Origin: Bacteroidales bacterium
GTDB lineage: Bacteria > Bacteroidota > Bacteroidia > Bacteroidales > JAADJA01
Length of the DNA stretch: 64,000 bases
Assembly (NCBI GenBank): GCA_041393255.1
Contig: JAWKKM010000018.1
Location: forward strand, 41,833-105,832
Reading direction: 5' to 3'
Part shown: in pieces, positions 62,836 to 64,000 of the stretch
Layout: each line of letters opens with the position of its first letter
Position numbering within the stretch: the first letter of the stretch is position 1
Notes under the pieces: model-generated
Seen by the model: the letters and a program-made list of their open reading frames with translations, nothing else
Database searches by the model: none
What the model was told of the DNA's origin: nothing
Program-made: the position numbers and the translations under genes

Positions 62836-64000
62836 CTAATTCCCGAGGTCGGAAAGAAATTTAATTCGCATCATCCTGATTTCTTCTTCCGTGTATTCAT
62901 CATCACCAAGTTCTTCGAGCGCTGCTTCCACAGAATCTGTTTCTGCTTCTTTGAAATATTCATAAATTTCTTCCTGATGATATTCGTCAACATATTCGTT
63001 AATATAATAGTTGATGTTGTACAGTCCCGAAAACAATTCTTTCTGTTTCAGTCCAATAGCTCGCTTACTGTTAAATCCTTGGTAAAGCGATATCCTCAAG
63101 GGCAGTTTACGGTCAATACTTTGGATGATGTAAACCTTTAAGCCTGATTTATTCACCACTGATTTAACAACCATGTCATTGGGCCTCATTATCTCATTTT
63201 CTTCAACATATTGTTTAATGAAATCCAGAAAAGGCTTTCCATACTTTTTAGCCTTTCCTGCCCCAACTCCGGTTATTTGAAGTAGTTCTTCTTCCTTAAT
63301 GGGATACTGTATAGACATATCCTCCAGCGAGGGATCCTGAAAGATAACAAATGGCGGAAGATTTTCTTTCCGTGAGATATCCTTTCGCAGGTCTTTTAAA
63401 AGAGTGAACAGAGTCTGATCGGCAGTACTTGTCTTTGCTGCTCCACCTTCAAAGAAATCATCATCTTCATCCGGATTTTCGTAATCATGATCCTTCGTTA
63501 ACATAATGGAGAACGGTTTCTCAAGAAATTCCATTCCTTCTTTGGTAACTTTCAACAGCCCATAATTCTCAATATCCTTAACAATCAAATTATTGATAAG
63601 GGACTGCCTGATAACTGCATTCCAGAATTTATCGTCATAATCCATACCCCTTCCAAATGCTTTCAGCTTATTGTGTTTAAACGATTTGATAGTAGCAGAA
63701 TTTTTCCCAACTAAAATATTGATAATGTGATTGGACTTAAAAAGTTGTTTCACCTCCAGGATGGCTTCCAGAGCAATTGATACAAATTTCTTTCCCTCGA
63801 AGCGTTCCTTGGGATGAAGGCAATTGTCGCAAGCTCCGCAGTCGTCCTTTTCATACTCCTCCCCGAAATAATGAAGCAACTGTTTATGCCGGCACACTGA
63901 TGATTCAGCATAGGAAACGGTTTCCTGAAGCAGTTGTTTGGCAATTTCCTGCTCTGCTACCGGCTTTCCCTTCATAAACTTCTCTAGTTTCACAATATCA
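62836..64000 (-). CDS. recQ: ATP-dependent DNA helicase RecQ, C-terminal part (gene continues beyond the window)
   Basis: ..CRHKQLLHYFGEEYEKDDCGACDNCL.. (RecQ zinc-binding motif), an RQC region, an HRDC-like ..LFTLLKDLRKDISRKENLPPFVIFQD.SLEDM....P....EL..I.GVG..K..KYG..F, plus a ~110-aa acidic C-terminal extension. Confidence 0.85.
   Translation of the reverse strand, partial: DIVKLEKFMKGKPVAEQEIAKQLLQETVSYAESSVCRHKQLLHYFGEEYEKDDCGACDNCLHPKERFEGKKFVSIALEAILEVKQLFKSNHIINILVGKNSATIKSFKHNKLKAFGRGMDYDDKFWNAVIRQSLINNLIVKDIENYGLLKVTKEGMEFLEKPFSIMLTKDHDYENPDEDDDFFEGGAAKTSTADQTLFTLLKDLRKDISRKENLPPFVIFQDPSLEDMSIQYPIKEEELLQITGVGAGKAKKYGKPFLDFIKQYVEENEIMRPNDMVVKSVVNKSGLKVYIIQSIDRKLPLRISLYQGFNSKRAIGLKQKELFSGLYNINYYINEYVDEYHQEEIYEYFKEAETDSVEAALEELGDDEYTEEEIRMMRIKFLSDLGN

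Noticed and set aside
1-64000. Alternative genetic code (TGA as sense) as the explanation for the many broken ORFs.
   Set aside because: The junctions I resolved need true +1/-1 frame changes, not read-through. Broken ORFs also end in TAA and TAG. TGA terminates an intact gene (the glycosyltransferase, stop at 22205-22207).
1-64000. CRISPR arrays, rRNA genes, prophage or integrative-element modules.
   Set aside because: No short regularly spaced direct repeats were seen. The only repeats are the intragenic module, the IS copies and the MITE. No integrase, capsid, terminase or rRNA-like sequence was recognised.

Overview
AT-rich 64-kb chromosomal segment with clear Bacteroidota signatures: a SusC/SusD pair, several T9SS C-terminal sorting domains, TAnnTTTG promoter boxes, and asnS next to rpoN.

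Content, left to right:
1. A giant modular surface protein (beta-helix modules plus LamG domains).
2. An AAA/DUF4143 ATPase, four small secreted-protein genes that share one promoter-like motif, and a membrane-anchored TPR-CHAT protease.
3. An IS982 copy, a T9SS adhesin gene split by an IS, and tRNA-Gln(UUG).
4. An intact housekeeping block: DUF2723 glycosyltransferase, lgt, a GT, (dprA, broken), a PrsW-like protein, DAHP synthase/chorismate mutase, asnS, rpoN, an OMP and corA.
5. SusC-SusD followed by two paralogous BNR/Asp-box T9SS proteins.
6. Two MIO-type ammonia-lyases around a thioredoxin-like gene, then hisS.
7. A fragmented acyltransferase with an ankyrin-like tail, and an AraC-HTH/class III cyclase/TPR regulator.
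8. A T9SS redoxin, a lipoprotein/TPR cluster, a skp-like gene and the recQ 3' part.

Mobile DNA: one IS982 (8-bp TSD), four diverged copies of one ~0.9-kb IS5-like element (3-bp TSDs ATT/AAT/CAT/GAT), and one ~150-bp MITE-like derivative. I found no CRISPR array, rRNA or prophage.

Main caveat: many CDS are interrupted by 1-nt frame changes, mostly in short homopolymer runs. These are very unevenly distributed, so I cannot separate sequencing/assembly error from real gene decay using sequence alone. All product calls rest on motifs read by eye, not on database searches.
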